Position numbers and translations under genes: made by a program. 42,693 nucleotides of DNA, from NCBI GenBank assembly GCA_036390495.1, contig DASWBR010000305.1, forward strand, positions 1 to 42,693. The letters run 5' to 3'. This document shows positions 15,617 through 26,568 of this stretch, piece after piece. The notes under the pieces are model-generated. The model was given only the letters and a program-made list of their open reading frames with translations, was not told the origin of the DNA and did no database searches. The stretch's first letter is position 1; every line of letters begins with the position of its first letter. The DNA comes from Candidatus Deferrimicrobiaceae bacterium. Its GTDB lineage: Bacteria; Desulfobacterota; Deferrimicrobia; Deferrimicrobiales; Deferrimicrobiaceae.

Positions 15617-17641
15617 ATGAACCCCCGCGCGCGCATCATCCTCGGCGTCCTCCTGTCCCTCTACGCCCTGGTCGTCCTGCGCGCGTTCCACATCCAGGTG
15701 CTGGGGGTGAAGGGGATCCGGGAGCGCGGGGAGAAGCAGTACGCCACGACCATCCCCCTGATTCCGAAGCGCGGCGTGATCCTCGACCGGACGGGAAGCG
15801 AGCTGGCCGTGAGCGTCGCCACGAAATCGCTGTTCGTCCAGCCCGGCAAGCTGAAATCCCCCGAACTGGCCGCCGACCTGCTCGCCCCGCGCGTCTCCCG
15901 CCCGGCGGCGGAGCTGCGCAAGCTGTTCGCCGCCGAGAAGGGGTTCGTCTGGGTGCGTCGGCAGATGCCCTCCACCTCGGCGGACGAGGCGGTCCGGGAG
16001 GTGAAGGAGGCGCTGGCGGCGAGGGACCCGGACCTTCGCGGGAAGGCCTCCGCCGTCGACGGCATCGGAACCGTCGAGGAGCCCAAGCGGTTCTACCCGA
16101 ACCGGGAGCTGGCCTCCTCCCTCGTCGGATTCACGAACCTCGACAGCGAGGGGATGGAGGGGATCGAGCTGTCCCTGAACAAGTACCTCCGCGGGGAGCG
16201 GGCGTGCCTCTCGTGCGAGCGGGACGCCCGCGGCCGGCTCATCGTTCCCGCGAGTTCTCCCGTAGACGTCAACCCGAAGGGACATTCCGTCACCCTCACC
16301 ATCGATCGGAACGTACAGCACGTGGCGGAGAGCGAGCTGCAGGCGGCGGTCGAGCGGCATCGCGCCAAGGGCGGCATGGCGCTGGTCCTCCGGCCCGGGA
16401 CGGGGGAGATCCTCGCGATGGCCACGGCCCCCTCCTTCAATCCGAACGCTCCTGCCGGCGCTCCCCCGGAGACGCGGAAGAACCGGTCGGTGACGGACAG
16501 CTTCGAGCCGGGCTCCACCTTCAAGGTGTTCACCCTTGCATCGGCCCTCGAGATGGGCGCGGTGGGCACGGGGGAGAAGTTCTTCTGCGAGAACGGTGCG
16601 TACCGCTACGCGGGGAAGGTGCTCCACGACACCCACCGGTACGGGTGGCTCACGGTGCCGGACGTGATCAAATATTCGAGCAACATCGGGATCACCAAGA
16701 TCAACGAGCGGATGGACCCCGGCCGGTTCCACGAGATGATCCGCGCCTTCGGCTTCGGGACGCGCACGGGAATCGAGCTCCAGGGGGAGGTGGGGGGACT
16801 GGCGCCGTCCCGGAGCGCGTTCGACAGCCGGATTCGCCGCGCCACCATATCCTTCGGCCAGGGAATCTCCGTGACCCCCCTCCAGCTGGCCACCGCGATG
16901 TCCGCCGTCGTCAACGGCGGGAAGGTGATGAAGCCGTACGTGGTCCGGGAGGTGATGGATCCCGAGGGGAAGACGGTGTTCCGCGGGGAGCCCACGGAGC
17001 TCCGGAGGGTCCTCTCCCCGAAGACCTCGGCGACGATGCGGGAAATCCTCGGGAAGGTGGTGCAGGAGGACGGGACCGGAACGCAGGCGCGCATCAAGGG
17101 ATTCCTCGTGGGGGGAAAGACCGGCACGGCGCAGAAGGTCGAGGTCGGGACGGGGAAATACTCCCCCACCAAGCGGGTCGCCTCCTTCATCGGCTTCCTC
17201 CCCCTGCAGAACCCCGAGCTGTTGATCCTCGTGGTGATCGACGAACCCCGGGGGCAGGTGTACGGCGGCGTGGTGGCGGCCCCCGCGTTCAACCAGATCG
17301 CCGTCAAGACGGCATATTACCTCGGCATCCCGCCGACGGAGGCCCTGGCTGCCGCCCCCTTGCGGGCGCAGCCCCCCTCTCCCGGCGGCGTGAGGTCCAC
17401 GCAGGTGTCCACGTCCCGCCCGGAGAGCCCCGTGGTCATGCCCGATCTCGCGGGCCTCTCCATGGGGCGCGTGGTCGATGTCATGGGACGGTACTCGGTG
17501 AGGCTTTCCCTCCAGGGGAGCGGGGTGGCGCGCGCGCAGACACCCCTCCCCGGCGCGTTCCTGGTCCCCGGGACGGAAGTGGCGGTGACGTTCGCGGCGG
17601 AACCCCCGGTGGTCGCCGCCGCGGGCAAGGGGAAACGGTGA
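15617..17641 (+). CDS. ftsI: class B penicillin-binding protein / peptidoglycan D,D-transpeptidase FtsI, with a C-terminal PASTA domain
   Basis: 674-aa ORF with an N-terminal TM segment and the transpeptidase motifs STFK (GSTFKVF), SSN (YSSNIG) and KTGT (GGKTGTA). The PASTA-like tail is encoded at 17432-17596. Confidence 0.93.
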   Translation: MNPRARIILGVLLSLYALVVLRAFHIQVLGVKGIRERGEKQYATTIPLIPKRGVILDRTGSELAVSVATKSLFVQPGKLKSPELAADLLAPRVSRPAAELRKLFAAEKGFVWVRRQMPSTSADEAVREVKEALAARDPDLRGKASAVDGIGTVEEPKRFYPNRELASSLVGFTNLDSEGMEGIELSLNKYLRGERACLSCERDARGRLIVPASSPVDVNPKGHSVTLTIDRNVQHVAESELQAAVERHRAKGGMALVLRPGTGEILAMATAPSFNPNAPAGAPPETRKNRSVTDSFEPGSTFKVFTLASALEMGAVGTGEKFFCENGAYRYAGKVLHDTHRYGWLTVPDVIKYSSNIGITKINERMDPGRFHEMIRAFGFGTRTGIELQGEVGGLAPSRSAFDSRIRRATISFGQGISVTPLQLATAMSAVVNGGKVMKPYVVREVMDPEGKTVFRGEPTELRRVLSPKTSATMREILGKVVQEDGTGTQARIKGFLVGGKTGTAQKVEVGTGKYSPTKRVASFIGFLPLQNPELLILVVIDEPRGQVYGGVVAAPAFNQIAVKTAYYLGIPPTEALAAAPLRAQPPSPGGVRSTQVSTSRPESPVVMPDLAGLSMGRVVDVMGRYSVRLSLQGSGVARAQTPLPGAFLVPGTEVAVTFAAEPPVVAAAGKGKR

Positions 17642-19137
17642 GGCTTTCGGGGGTTCTTTCCACGGCGGCCCCCGGGGCCGCCGGCTCCGCGGGAGACATC
17701 GAAATCGGTGGCATCGCGGTGGATTCCCGGGACGTGCGGCCGGGAGACCTGTTCGTGGCGCTCCGCGGGACGAGGGCGGACGGCCACGACTTCCTCCTCT
17801 CCGCGGCGCGCGCGGGCGCGGCAGCGGCGCTCGTGGAACGGGAGCCCACCTCGTTGCCGATCCCCGTGGTCCGGGTTTCCTCGACGGCGGCGGCGCTGCC
17901 GATGGTCGCGGTGGCGTTCCACGGCGACCCCTCGGCCTGCCTCCGCGTGACCGGCGTCACGGGCACGAACGGGAAGACCACCTTCACGTACCTCCTGGAG
18001 GGGATCCTCTCCGCGGCCGGCCGCACCCCCGCGGTGGCGGGCACGATCGAATACCGGGTGGCGGGGAGGCGCATCCGGAAGGGATTGACGACCCCGTTCC
18101 CCCACGAACTCCAGCGCGTGATGGCGGAGGCGCTTGCCGCGGGCGCGACGGATTTCGTCATGGAGGTCTCCTCGCACAGCGCCGCCCAGGGCCGGATCGA
18201 GGGGGTGCGGTTCGACGTGGGAGTCTTCACCAACCTCAGCCGGGATCACCTCGACTTCCACGGGGACATGGAGTCGTATTTCGCGGCAAAGGCCCGCTTC
18301 TTCCGAGAGTACCTGCCCGCGGGGGGGAAACGCATCCGCGCGGCGCTGAACGGCGACGACGCGCACGGGGAACGCCTCGCGCAGGAATTCCCTTCCGCCA
18401 CGACCTTCGGTTTCTCCCGCGCGTGGGACGTCCACCCGGTGGAGATGGAAATGGCGTGGGACGGGACCCGGATGCTCCTCGCCACGCCGTCGGGCCCCCT
18501 CGCCCTCCGGTCGCGCCTGATCGGGGCGCACAACGTGTCCAACATCCTGGCGGCCGTCTCCGCGGCTCTCCTCCTCGACATTTCCCCGGGGGCGGTCGCC
18601 GCGGGGATCGGGGCCGTCGGGGTGATTCCGGGCCGGCTGGAGCCGATCGAGAATTCCCGGGGGCTCCATGTGTTCGTCGACTACGCCCACACCCCGGACG
18701 GAATGGACCGTGTGCTGACCACCCTGCGGGGGCTGTCGGACGGCCGGCTGATCACCGTGTTCGGGTGCGGGGGGAACCGGGACCGCGGGAAACGCCCGGA
18801 GATGGGGCGGGTCGCGGCGCTCCGGTCCGAGGTGGTGGTGGTGACGTCCGACAACCCGCGGAACGAGGATCCGGAGGCGATCCTGGCGGAAATCGTGCCC
18901 GGGCTCTCCTCGGAGGGTTTCGTGGAGGCGCGGGGTCCGGTGCCGTGGCGCGAGGGGTTCTTCCTGGTGCAGTCCGACAGAAAAGCGGCGATCGCCGCCG
19001 CCCTCTCCCTCGCGGAGCCGGGAGACACCGTGGCGATCGTCGGGAAAGGACACGAAGATGTCCAGATCATCGGGGACCGGCGCCTGCCGTTCGACGACCG
19101 GCAGACGGTCCGGGACGTGCTTGGCGCAGGGCGGTAG
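17638..19137 (+). CDS. murE: UDP-N-acetylmuramoyl-L-alanyl-D-glutamate--2,6-diaminopimelate ligase
   Basis: GTG at 17638 (GTGA overlap with the ftsI stop). Has the Mur ligase P-loop GVTGTNGKTT and the DNPR motif (TSDNPRNEDP) typical of meso-DAP-adding enzymes. Confidence 0.93.
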   Translation: MRLSGVLSTAAPGAAGSAGDIEIGGIAVDSRDVRPGDLFVALRGTRADGHDFLLSAARAGAAAALVEREPTSLPIPVVRVSSTAAALPMVAVAFHGDPSACLRVTGVTGTNGKTTFTYLLEGILSAAGRTPAVAGTIEYRVAGRRIRKGLTTPFPHELQRVMAEALAAGATDFVMEVSSHSAAQGRIEGVRFDVGVFTNLSRDHLDFHGDMESYFAAKARFFREYLPAGGKRIRAALNGDDAHGERLAQEFPSATTFGFSRAWDVHPVEMEMAWDGTRMLLATPSGPLALRSRLIGAHNVSNILAAVSAALLLDISPGAVAAGIGAVGVIPGRLEPIENSRGLHVFVDYAHTPDGMDRVLTTLRGLSDGRLITVFGCGGNRDRGKRPEMGRVAALRSEVVVVTSDNPRNEDPEAILAEIVPGLSSEGFVEARGPVPWREGFFLVQSDRKAAIAAALSLAEPGDTVAIVGKGHEDVQIIGDRRLPFDDRQTVRDVLGAGR

Positions 19138-19138
19138 G

Positions 19139-20536
19139 ATGACGCTCCCGGAGGTCATCGGGGCGATCCACCCGCTCCGGGAGGCCGGGGATATCCCGTC
19201 CCGGGAGCCGATCGGGTCCGTCGTCACCGACAGCCGCGAGGCGGGGCCTGGAAGCGTGTTCGTGGCCCTGCCGGGGGAGCGGGCCGACGGCGCGGACTTC
19301 GTCGGCGAAGTGTTCGGGAAGGGCGCCATCGCCGCGATCGTGTCCGAGGCCGGGGCCCGGAAGGTCCCCGGGGCGGTGGCGCGCACCCGCCCCGTCTTCG
19401 TCGTGCGGGACCCGGTGGAGGCGCTGGGGGACCTGGCCCGCGCCCACCGCCTGCGGCATCGCGGCATTCCCCTCGTGGGGATCACCGGCAGTTCGGGGAA
19501 GACGACCACCAAGGAGATGCTGTACTGCCTCCTCTCCGCCTCGCGCCGCGTGCTGCGCAACCCCGGGAACCGGAACAACCTCATCGGCATGCCCCTGTCG
19601 CTCCTCACCCTCTCCGGGGAGCACGACGTGGCGATCATGGAGATGGGGACCAACGCCCCCGGGGAGATCGCGCGGCTGGCCGGGATCGCTTCCCCCGACG
19701 TCGCGGTGATAACGAACATCGCCCCGGCGCACCTCGAGGGGCTCGGCACGATGGAAGGGGTGGCGCGCGAGAAGGGGGATCTCTTCCGGGCCCTCCCCGA
19801 CGCGGGCGTCGCCGTGGTGAACGCCACCGACCTCCGCGTGGTCCGGGAAGCGGGGAGGTGCCGGGCCGAGAAGGTGTATTACGGCGTGGCGATGAACGAA
19901 TTTTCCGGGCGGATCCTCTCGATGGGCGACGAAGGGATGCGGATCGCCGTGCGCACCCCCGCGGGCGAATTCACATCCGCGCTCGCCGTCACGGGGGAGC
20001 ACCACCTGCTGAACGCCATCGCCGCCACGGCGGTCGCGTTCACGCTGGGCCTGCGCCCGCACGACCTGGAGGAGGGTCTTGCCGGCTTTTCCTCCGTCCC
20101 GGGCCGGTTCCACGCCCGGCCCCTCCGGGGCGGCGGACTGCTCCTCGACGACAGCTACAACGCGAACCCGGCCTCCACCGAGGCCGCGCTGCGGAGCCTG
20201 TCGGCCCTCTCCCGCGGCCGGCGGACGGTGGTGATCTTCGGGGACATGCTGGAACTGGGGCAGAGCGCCCCGGCCTCCCATTTCCGCATCGGTCACCTGA
20301 TGGCCGCGTTGAAGGTCTCCCGGTTCCTCGCTTTCGGCCGGGGAGCGGCGCAGGCGGCCCGGGGAGCGCTCGACGGGGGGATGGATCCCGCGGCCGTGCT
20401 GCACACCGACGACAAGGGAAGGCTGCGGGAGGCGGTCCGGGAACTCCTCTCGGAGGGGGACGTGGTGCTGGTCAAGGGGTCGCGGGGGATGCGGCTGGAC
20501 GAGGTGGCGGCGGACATCGCGGAGGACTGGGCGTAA
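19139..20536 (+). CDS. murF: UDP-N-acetylmuramoyl-tripeptide--D-alanyl-D-alanine ligase
   Basis: ATG at 19139 directly follows the murE stop. P-loop [13 protein letters not shown]. Canonical dcw position. Confidence 0.93.
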   Translation: MTLPEVIGAIHPLREAGDIPSREPIGSVVTDSREAGPGSVFVALPGERADGADFVGEVFGKGAIAAIVSEAGARKVPGAVARTRPVFVVRDPVEALGDLARAHRLRHRGIPLVGITGSSGKTTTKEMLYCLLSASRRVLRNPGNRNNLIGMPLSLLTLSGEHDVAIMEMGTNAPGEIARLAGIASPDVAVITNIAPAHLEGLGTMEGVAREKGDLFRALPDAGVAVVNATDLRVVREAGRCRAEKVYYGVAMNEFSGRILSMGDEGMRIAVRTPAGEFTSALAVTGEHHLLNAIAATAVAFTLGLRPHDLEEGLAGFSSVPGRFHARPLRGGGLLLDDSYNANPASTEAALRSLSALSRGRRTVVIFGDMLELGQSAPASHFRIGHLMAALKVSRFLAFGRGAAQAARGALDGGMDPAAVLHTDDKGRLREAVRELLSEGDVVLVKGSRGMRLDEVAADIAEDWA

Positions 20537-20540
20537 CCGG

Positions 20541-21617
20541 ATGCTCTACCACCTCCTATACCCGCTCCACGAGAGCTTCTCGTTCTTCAACGTCTTCCGG
20601 TACATCACGTTCCGCACGATCTACGCCGCCATCTCGGCGCTCCTCATCTGCTTCCTCGTCGGTCCGTGGATGATCCGGCTGCTCGGGAAGCGGCAGATCG
20701 GACAGATGGTCCGCCGGGACGGGCCCGAGAGCCACCTCGCCAAGGAGGGGACCCCCACGATGGGGGGGATCCTCATCGTCCTGGCCGCGGTCGTTCCCAC
20801 GCTGCTGTGGGCCAACCTCGAGAACGGCTACATCTGGATCGCCGTGTTCGTGACGCTGGGATTCGGCGCCATCGGCTTCGTGGACGACTACAAGAAAGTC
20901 ATCCGGAAGGACTCGAAGGGATTAAGCCCCCGGCGGAAGCTCGCCGCCCAGTTCGCCCTCGCGGCGGCCGCGGCGGCGCTCATCTACGTGGACGTCGGCA
21001 TCAAGGACACGGTGAACGTCCCCTTCTTCAAGAACGTGCGGCCGAGCCTGGGAATCCTCTATGTCCCGTTCATCGTCCTGGTGATCGTGGGGGCCTCCAA
21101 CGCGGTGAACCTCACCGACGGGCTGGACGGGCTGGCGATCGGCCCTTCCATCATCGCCGCGGGGACGTACATGTTCTTCGCCTACCTCGCGGGACACGTC
21201 AAGATCGCGAACTACCTCCAGATCCAGTACGTGCCGGGCGTGGGCGAGCTCACGATCTTCTGCGGCGCCCTCGCGGGGGCCGGGCTGGGGTTCCTCTGGT
21301 TCAACGCGTACCCGGCCCAGGTGTTCATGGGGGACACCGGTTCCCTCTCCCTGGGGGGGGCCCTGGGCGTGGTGTCGGTGATGGTGAAGCAGGAGATCGT
21401 CCTCGCCCTGGTGGGAGGGATCTTCGTCGTGGAGGCTCTCTCGGTGATCTTCCAGGTGACCTCCTACAAGACGCGGAGGAAGCGGATCTTCCGCATGGCG
21501 CCGATCCACCACCATTTCGAGCTCCAGGGATGGGCGGAGCCCAAGATCATCGTCCGGTTCTGGATCATCTCCATCATCCTCGCGCTGCTGGCGCTCAGCA
21601 CCCTGAAGATCCGGTGA
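20541..21617 (+). CDS. mraY: phospho-N-acetylmuramoyl-pentapeptide-transferase
   Basis: 358-aa polytopic membrane ORF with [13 protein letters not shown] and [11 protein letters not shown] motifs. Confidence 0.97.
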   Translation: MLYHLLYPLHESFSFFNVFRYITFRTIYAAISALLICFLVGPWMIRLLGKRQIGQMVRRDGPESHLAKEGTPTMGGILIVLAAVVPTLLWANLENGYIWIAVFVTLGFGAIGFVDDYKKVIRKDSKGLSPRRKLAAQFALAAAAAALIYVDVGIKDTVNVPFFKNVRPSLGILYVPFIVLVIVGASNAVNLTDGLDGLAIGPSIIAAGTYMFFAYLAGHVKIANYLQIQYVPGVGELTIFCGALAGAGLGFLWFNAYPAQVFMGDTGSLSLGGALGVVSVMVKQEIVLALVGGIFVVEALSVIFQVTSYKTRRKRIFRMAPIHHHFELQGWAEPKIIVRFWIISIILALLALSTLKIR

Positions 21618-21619
21618 GC

Positions 21620-22966
21620 ATGGACACCCTCTCGGGAAAGCGCGTGGCGGTGGCGGGGGCGGGGCGCTCCGGCCTGCTCTCCGCGCGCCTTCTCCTTCTG
21701 GAAGGGGCGCGGGTCACCCTGTGGGACGACCGGCCGCGGGCCGCGGTCGAGGCGTCGCCGGGGGAGCCGGTTCCCGCAGGGGCCGATTTCCGGGAAGGGA
21801 TGCCGGGCGAGGCCGACGTCCCGCGGATCGACCTGGTCGTCCTGTCGCCTGGCGTGCCGGGCGCGAGGCTTCCGCTCGCGGCGCTCCGCGCCGCGGGAGT
21901 GCCCCTGTGGGGGGAGCTGGAACTCGCGTACCGGCGGTTCGACGGAAGGGTGGCGGCGATCACCGGGACCAACGGGAAATCCACGGTGACCACCCTCGTG
22001 GGGCGGATGGCCGCGCGGGCGTTCCCGAGGGTCTTCGTCGGGGGAAACCTGGGGACGCCGTTCGTCGCGGCTGCCGGCGTCCCCTTCGACTGGGGGGTGG
22101 TGGAGGTCAGCAGCTTCCAGCTCGAATCGGTGGAGGCGTTCCGGCCGGCGGTCGCGGCCCTCCTGAACATCACCGAGGACCACAGCGACCGGTATGCGGG
22201 TTTTGCCGATTACGCCGCGGCGAAGATGGCGATCTTCCGGAACCAGGGCCCCAGGGACGTCGCGGTGGTCAACGCGGACGACCCCGAGGTGGCTTCCCGC
22301 ACCGCCGGCATCCGCGCGCGGCTCGTTCCGTTCTCCTCCTCGCGCCGTCTCCCCCGGGGAGCGTTCCTCGAGGGGCAGGACATGGTCCTCCTCGTGGAGG
22401 CCGGCCCGGAGAGGTACCCCCGGGACGTCCTCCGGATCCGGGGGCTGCAGAACGCGCAGAACGCCCTCGCCGCGATCGCCGTGGCGCGGGCGATGGGGGT
22501 GGCCCGGGAACACGTCCTCGCGGAACTCGCGGAATTCCCCGGGCTGCCGCACCGCGTGGAGTTCGTCGGGTCGGTCCGCGGCGTGACGTACGTGAACGAC
22601 TCGAAGGGGACCAACGTGGGTGCGGTCCTCGCGGCGCTGGAGGGATTCCCGGAGCCGGTGGTGCTGATCGCGGGGGGAAAGGACAAGGGAGTGGATTTCC
22701 GTCCCCTCCGGGAGCCCCTCGCCCGGAAGGCGCGGGCCGTGGTCCTCCTCGGCGAGGCGAGGGAACGGATGGCCCGGGAACTGGCGGGCGCGGCGCCCAT
22801 CGCGGTCGCCGGCTCGCTGCCGGAGGCGGTCCGGGAGGCCGCGGCGGCCGCCCGCGAGGGCGACGTCGTCGTCTTCTCCCCGGCCTGCTCGAGCTTCGAC
22901 ATGTTCCGAAACTTCGAGGAGCGCGGGGAGGCGTTCCGTGAGGCGGTGAGGAGGCTGGCCGGATGA
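21620..22966 (+). CDS. murD: UDP-N-acetylmuramoylalanine--D-glutamate ligase
   Basis: ATG at 21620. Rossmann-type N-terminus VAVAGAGRSG and P-loop AITGTNGKST. Confidence 0.93.
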   Translation: MDTLSGKRVAVAGAGRSGLLSARLLLLEGARVTLWDDRPRAAVEASPGEPVPAGADFREGMPGEADVPRIDLVVLSPGVPGARLPLAALRAAGVPLWGELELAYRRFDGRVAAITGTNGKSTVTTLVGRMAARAFPRVFVGGNLGTPFVAAAGVPFDWGVVEVSSFQLESVEAFRPAVAALLNITEDHSDRYAGFADYAAAKMAIFRNQGPRDVAVVNADDPEVASRTAGIRARLVPFSSSRRLPRGAFLEGQDMVLLVEAGPERYPRDVLRIRGLQNAQNALAAIAVARAMGVAREHVLAELAEFPGLPHRVEFVGSVRGVTYVNDSKGTNVGAVLAALEGFPEPVVLIAGGKDKGVDFRPLREPLARKARAVVLLGEARERMARELAGAAPIAVAGSLPEAVREAAAAAREGDVVVFSPACSSFDMFRNFEERGEAFREAVRRLAG

Positions 22967-24144
22967 AGATCGGGAAACGCCACGAGAACATGATCCTTGC
23001 GCTGTGCGCCCTGTTCCTGACGGTGCTGGGGCTGCTCATGATCTACAGCGCGACGAACGTCATGGCGGGGTCGTCGGCCCGGTACGGGTACGACCCCGCG
23101 TACTTCTTCAAACGGCAGATCCTTTTCCTGTTCGTGGGCGTGTCGCTGGCGGTGGGGCTCTCCCGGGTCGACCACGACTTCTACCGGAGGAGGATCGCGC
23201 TCCTTCTCGGGGGCACCTTCCTCCTGCTCCTCCTGGTGTTCGTGCCGGGAGTGCGGCACACGGCGAACGGCGCCTCCCGGTGGATCAACCTGCGGCTCTT
23301 CACCTTCCAGCCCTCCGAGCTGGCGAAGTTCGTCCTCCTCATCTACGCGGCCTGGGCCATCGACCGGAAGGGGGAGAACCCCCGGGAGGGGCACCGGGCG
23401 TTCCTCCCCATGCTCGCGGTGATGGGGCTCTTCGTCGCCGTGATCATCAAGGAGCCCGATTTCGGGATGGCGGTGGTGATCCTCCTGTCCTTCCTGGCCA
23501 TCGTCTTCATCGCCGGGTTCCCCTGGAAGCTCCTGGCGGTCCTTGCGGCCGGGGGAATCGCGGGCGCGGCGGCCCTGATCGCGGCGAAGCCTTACCGGGT
23601 GGCGCGCCTGCAGGCGTTCATCGACCCGTACTCGCAGGCCCAGTCCGCGGGGTACCAGGTGGTGCAATCGCTGATCGCCTTCTCCAACGGGGGGCTCCTC
23701 GGGACGGGGGTGGGCGGCGGGCGCCAGAAACTCTTCTACCTCCCGGAGATGCACACGGACTACATCATCTCGGTGATCGGCGAAGAGCTGGGGTTCGCAG
23801 GCGTCGTCCTGGTGGGAGCGCTGTTCGTCACCATGGTGTGGGTCGGATACCGGGTCGCCCGCCGCGCGCGGGACCCGTTCGGGAAGTATCTCGCAACGGG
23901 CGTTTCCTCCGTCATCGGCATCCAGGCGCTGATGAACATGATGATCGGGCTGAAGATGCTCCCGCCGAAAGGGATGGTGCTCCCGTTCCTGAGCTACGGC
24001 GGGAGTTCCCTGATCCTCCACCTGGCGGCGATCGGTGTTCTGATGAACGTATCCCTGAAGGGGGCGGATGGCCTTGTCGACGCGGATGATCGTCGCCGGG
24101 GGAGGGACCGGCGGGCACGTCTTTCCGGGGATTGCGCTTGCTGA
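22963..24144 (+). CDS. ftsW: SEDS-family peptidoglycan glycosyltransferase FtsW
   Basis: 393-aa polytopic ORF with ATGA overlap to murD. SEDS-like blocks (HTDYIISVIGEELGF, LPFLSYGGSS). Its 3' end overlaps murG. Confidence 0.9.
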   Translation: MKIGKRHENMILALCALFLTVLGLLMIYSATNVMAGSSARYGYDPAYFFKRQILFLFVGVSLAVGLSRVDHDFYRRRIALLLGGTFLLLLLVFVPGVRHTANGASRWINLRLFTFQPSELAKFVLLIYAAWAIDRKGENPREGHRAFLPMLAVMGLFVAVIIKEPDFGMAVVILLSFLAIVFIAGFPWKLLAVLAAGGIAGAAALIAAKPYRVARLQAFIDPYSQAQSAGYQVVQSLIAFSNGGLLGTGVGGGRQKLFYLPEMHTDYIISVIGEELGFAGVVLVGALFVTMVWVGYRVARRARDPFGKYLATGVSSVIGIQALMNMMIGLKMLPPKGMVLPFLSYGGSSLILHLAAIGVLMNVSLKGADGLVDADDRRRGRDRRARLSGDCAC

Positions 24145-25168
24145 GGCGTTCCTCTCCCTCTGCCCCGGAGGCGCCGTCTCGTTCGTCGGCACCGAGGAGG
24201 GGCTGGAGGCCCGGGCCGTGCCGGCCCGGGGGCTGCCGATCGACTTCGTCCCCTCCGGACAGGTCCGCGGCCGCGGCGTGCGGGCCGTTCCGGGAGCCGC
24301 CCGGATGGCCCTCGGAATGTTCGAGGCGGTGGCGGTCGTGAGGCGGCGTCGCCCGGACCTCGTCTTCGGAGTGGGCGGGTACGCTTCCGTTCCGGTCGCC
24401 GTGGCGGCGCGGTTGCTGCGCGTTCCCCTGTTCCTGCAGGAGCAGAACAGCGTACCGGGGCGGTCGAACCGGCTCCTCGCCCGGGGGGCCGTCCGGGTGT
24501 TCACGGGTTTCTCCGGGGCGATCCGCTTCTTCCCGCCGGGCAGGGCGGAGGCGACCGGGAACCCGGTCCGGGAGGAGATCGTCGCCGCCGCGGACGCGCT
24601 GCACGGGTCGTTCCCGCCCGACCGGCCGTTCACGGTGCTGGCCCTCGGCGGGTCGCAGGGGGCCCGGGCGATCAACGCGCGGGTCCTCGGGATGGCCCGG
24701 CGTGCGAAGCGGGAAGGAAGGGCGGTGCGTTTCCTCCTGCAGACGGGAGGGAAGGAGTACGACGCGGTGGCCGGGACGGTCGGGACGGAGGCTCTGCCCG
24801 TGGAGGCGTTCCCCTTCACGGAACGGATCGGGGAGATGTTTCCGCGGTGCCACGTCGTCCTGATGCGCGCGGGAGCGCTCTCCATCGCGGAGGCTGCGCT
24901 CTTCGGCCGGCCGTGCGTCCTGGTCCCGTACCCGTACGCCGCGGACGGCCACCAGGCCCGCAACGCCGAGGAGTTCTGCGACGCGGGGGCGGGGAAGTGG
25001 ATGCCGGAAGGGGAGGCCACCGAGGAGGCGGTCTGGGACGCCCTGTGGGCGCTGGGGGGGGATCCGGAGGCGCGGGAGGGGGCGGGAAGGGCGGCGCTCT
25101 CCTTTGCCCGGCCGCATGCGGCGGTCGACACGGTCCGCAAGGCGCTCCGGCTGGCGGGGAGGGCGTGA
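24068..25168 (+). CDS. murG: undecaprenyldiphospho-muramoylpentapeptide beta-N-acetylglucosaminyltransferase
   Basis: 366-aa ORF with the N-terminal [17 protein letters not shown]. An ATG at 24086 is an alternative start. Confidence 0.95.
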   Translation: MALSTRMIVAGGGTGGHVFPGIALAEAFLSLCPGGAVSFVGTEEGLEARAVPARGLPIDFVPSGQVRGRGVRAVPGAARMALGMFEAVAVVRRRRPDLVFGVGGYASVPVAVAARLLRVPLFLQEQNSVPGRSNRLLARGAVRVFTGFSGAIRFFPPGRAEATGNPVREEIVAAADALHGSFPPDRPFTVLALGGSQGARAINARVLGMARRAKREGRAVRFLLQTGGKEYDAVAGTVGTEALPVEAFPFTERIGEMFPRCHVVLMRAGALSIAEAALFGRPCVLVPYPYAADGHQARNAEEFCDAGAGKWMPEGEATEEAVWDALWALGGDPEAREGAGRAALSFARPHAAVDTVRKALRLAGRA

Positions 25169-25169
25169 A

Positions 25170-26537
25170 ATGTACCGGAAGGGGCTCCCCATCCACTTCG
25201 TCGGGATCGGCGGGATCGGAATGAGCGGCATCGCGGAACTCCTGCTGAACCTCGGGTACCGGGTGTCGGGCTCCGACCTGCGCCGGTCCGACACGACCGA
25301 CCGCCTCGAGCGGATGGGGGCCGCGGTCTACCTGTCGCACGCGCCGGGGAACGTCCCGGTGGACGGTCACGTCGTCGTGGTCTCCTCCGCGGTTCGCCCC
25401 GACAACCCGGAGGTTCTCGAGGCGCACCGCCGGAAAATACCCGTGATCCCCCGCGCGGAGATGCTCGCGGAGCTCATGCGGATGAAGTACGGCATCGCCA
25501 TCGCGGGGACCCACGGCAAGACCACGACGACGTCCATGGTGGCGACGGTGCTCGCCGCCGCGGGGTGGGACCCGACGGCGGTGGTGGGGGGGAAGCTGAA
25601 CAGCCTCGGCTCCAACGCGAAGCTCGGACAGGGCGACTTCCTCGTGGCGGAGGCGGACGAGAGCGACGGCTCGTTCCTGAAGCTCTCCCCGACGGTGGCC
25701 GTGGTGACGAACATCGACCCGGAGCACCTGGACTTCTACTCCGGGATCGGGCAGATCAAGGAGACCTTCCTCCACTTCATCAACAAGGTTCCCTTCTACG
25801 GGTTCGCGGTGCTGTGCATCGACCACCCCAATGTCCAGGAACTCCTCCCCTCCGTGGAGAAGACCGTGGTGAGCTACGGCTTCTCCCGCCACGCGGATTA
25901 CCGGGCGGACCGCGTGGCCGCGTCCGGAATGGAGAGCGGTTTCGAGGTGCACGCCCGGGGGGAACGCCTCGGGGAGGTTCTCCTGCGCGCGCCGGGGCGC
26001 CACAACGTGAGCAACGCCCTCGCGGCCGTCGCGGTGGCGTCGGAGCTGGGAATCCCCTTCGGGAAGATCCGGGAGGGGCTGGCCGACTATCGCGGGGTTG
26101 TCCGTCGGTTCCAGGTGAAAGGGGATGCGGGGGGGGTCACGGTGGTGGACGACTACGGTCACCACCCCGCGGAGGTCCGGGCGACCCTCGCGGCGGCGCG
26201 GGAGGTGTGGCCCGGGCGCCGGATCGTCGTCGGCTTCCAGCCGCACCGGTTCACCCGGACCCAGGCGCTGTTCCGGGATTTCCAGTCGGCTTTCCACGAC
26301 GCGGACGTGCTGCTGGTGTTCGACGTCTATTCCGCCGGGGAGGAGCCGATCGAGGGGGCCACGGGGGAACGGCTGTGCGAGGGCGTCCGGGGCCACGGGC
26401 ACAGGGAGGCCCACTACGCGGGCAAGGCCGGGGAGGCGCGGGAGGCGGTCCTGTCCCGGCTCCGCCCCGGGGATGTCTTCATCACGATGGGGGCCGGGGA
26501 TGTCTGGAAGCTGGGAGAAAGCCTCCTCCCGCGGTAG
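25170..26537 (+). CDS. murC: UDP-N-acetylmuramate--L-alanine ligase
   Basis: ATG at 25170. Has [18 protein letters not shown] and P-loop [10 protein letters not shown]. Confidence 0.95.
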   Translation: MYRKGLPIHFVGIGGIGMSGIAELLLNLGYRVSGSDLRRSDTTDRLERMGAAVYLSHAPGNVPVDGHVVVVSSAVRPDNPEVLEAHRRKIPVIPRAEMLAELMRMKYGIAIAGTHGKTTTTSMVATVLAAAGWDPTAVVGGKLNSLGSNAKLGQGDFLVAEADESDGSFLKLSPTVAVVTNIDPEHLDFYSGIGQIKETFLHFINKVPFYGFAVLCIDHPNVQELLPSVEKTVVSYGFSRHADYRADRVAASGMESGFEVHARGERLGEVLLRAPGRHNVSNALAAVAVASELGIPFGKIREGLADYRGVVRRFQVKGDAGGVTVVDDYGHHPAEVRATLAAAREVWPGRRIVVGFQPHRFTRTQALFRDFQSAFHDADVLLVFDVYSAGEEPIEGATGERLCEGVRGHGHREAHYAGKAGEAREAVLSRLRPGDVFITMGAGDVWKLGESLLPR

Positions 26538-26568
26538 CGGGAGCGGAGGCCGGGGGGCGACGGCGGGA

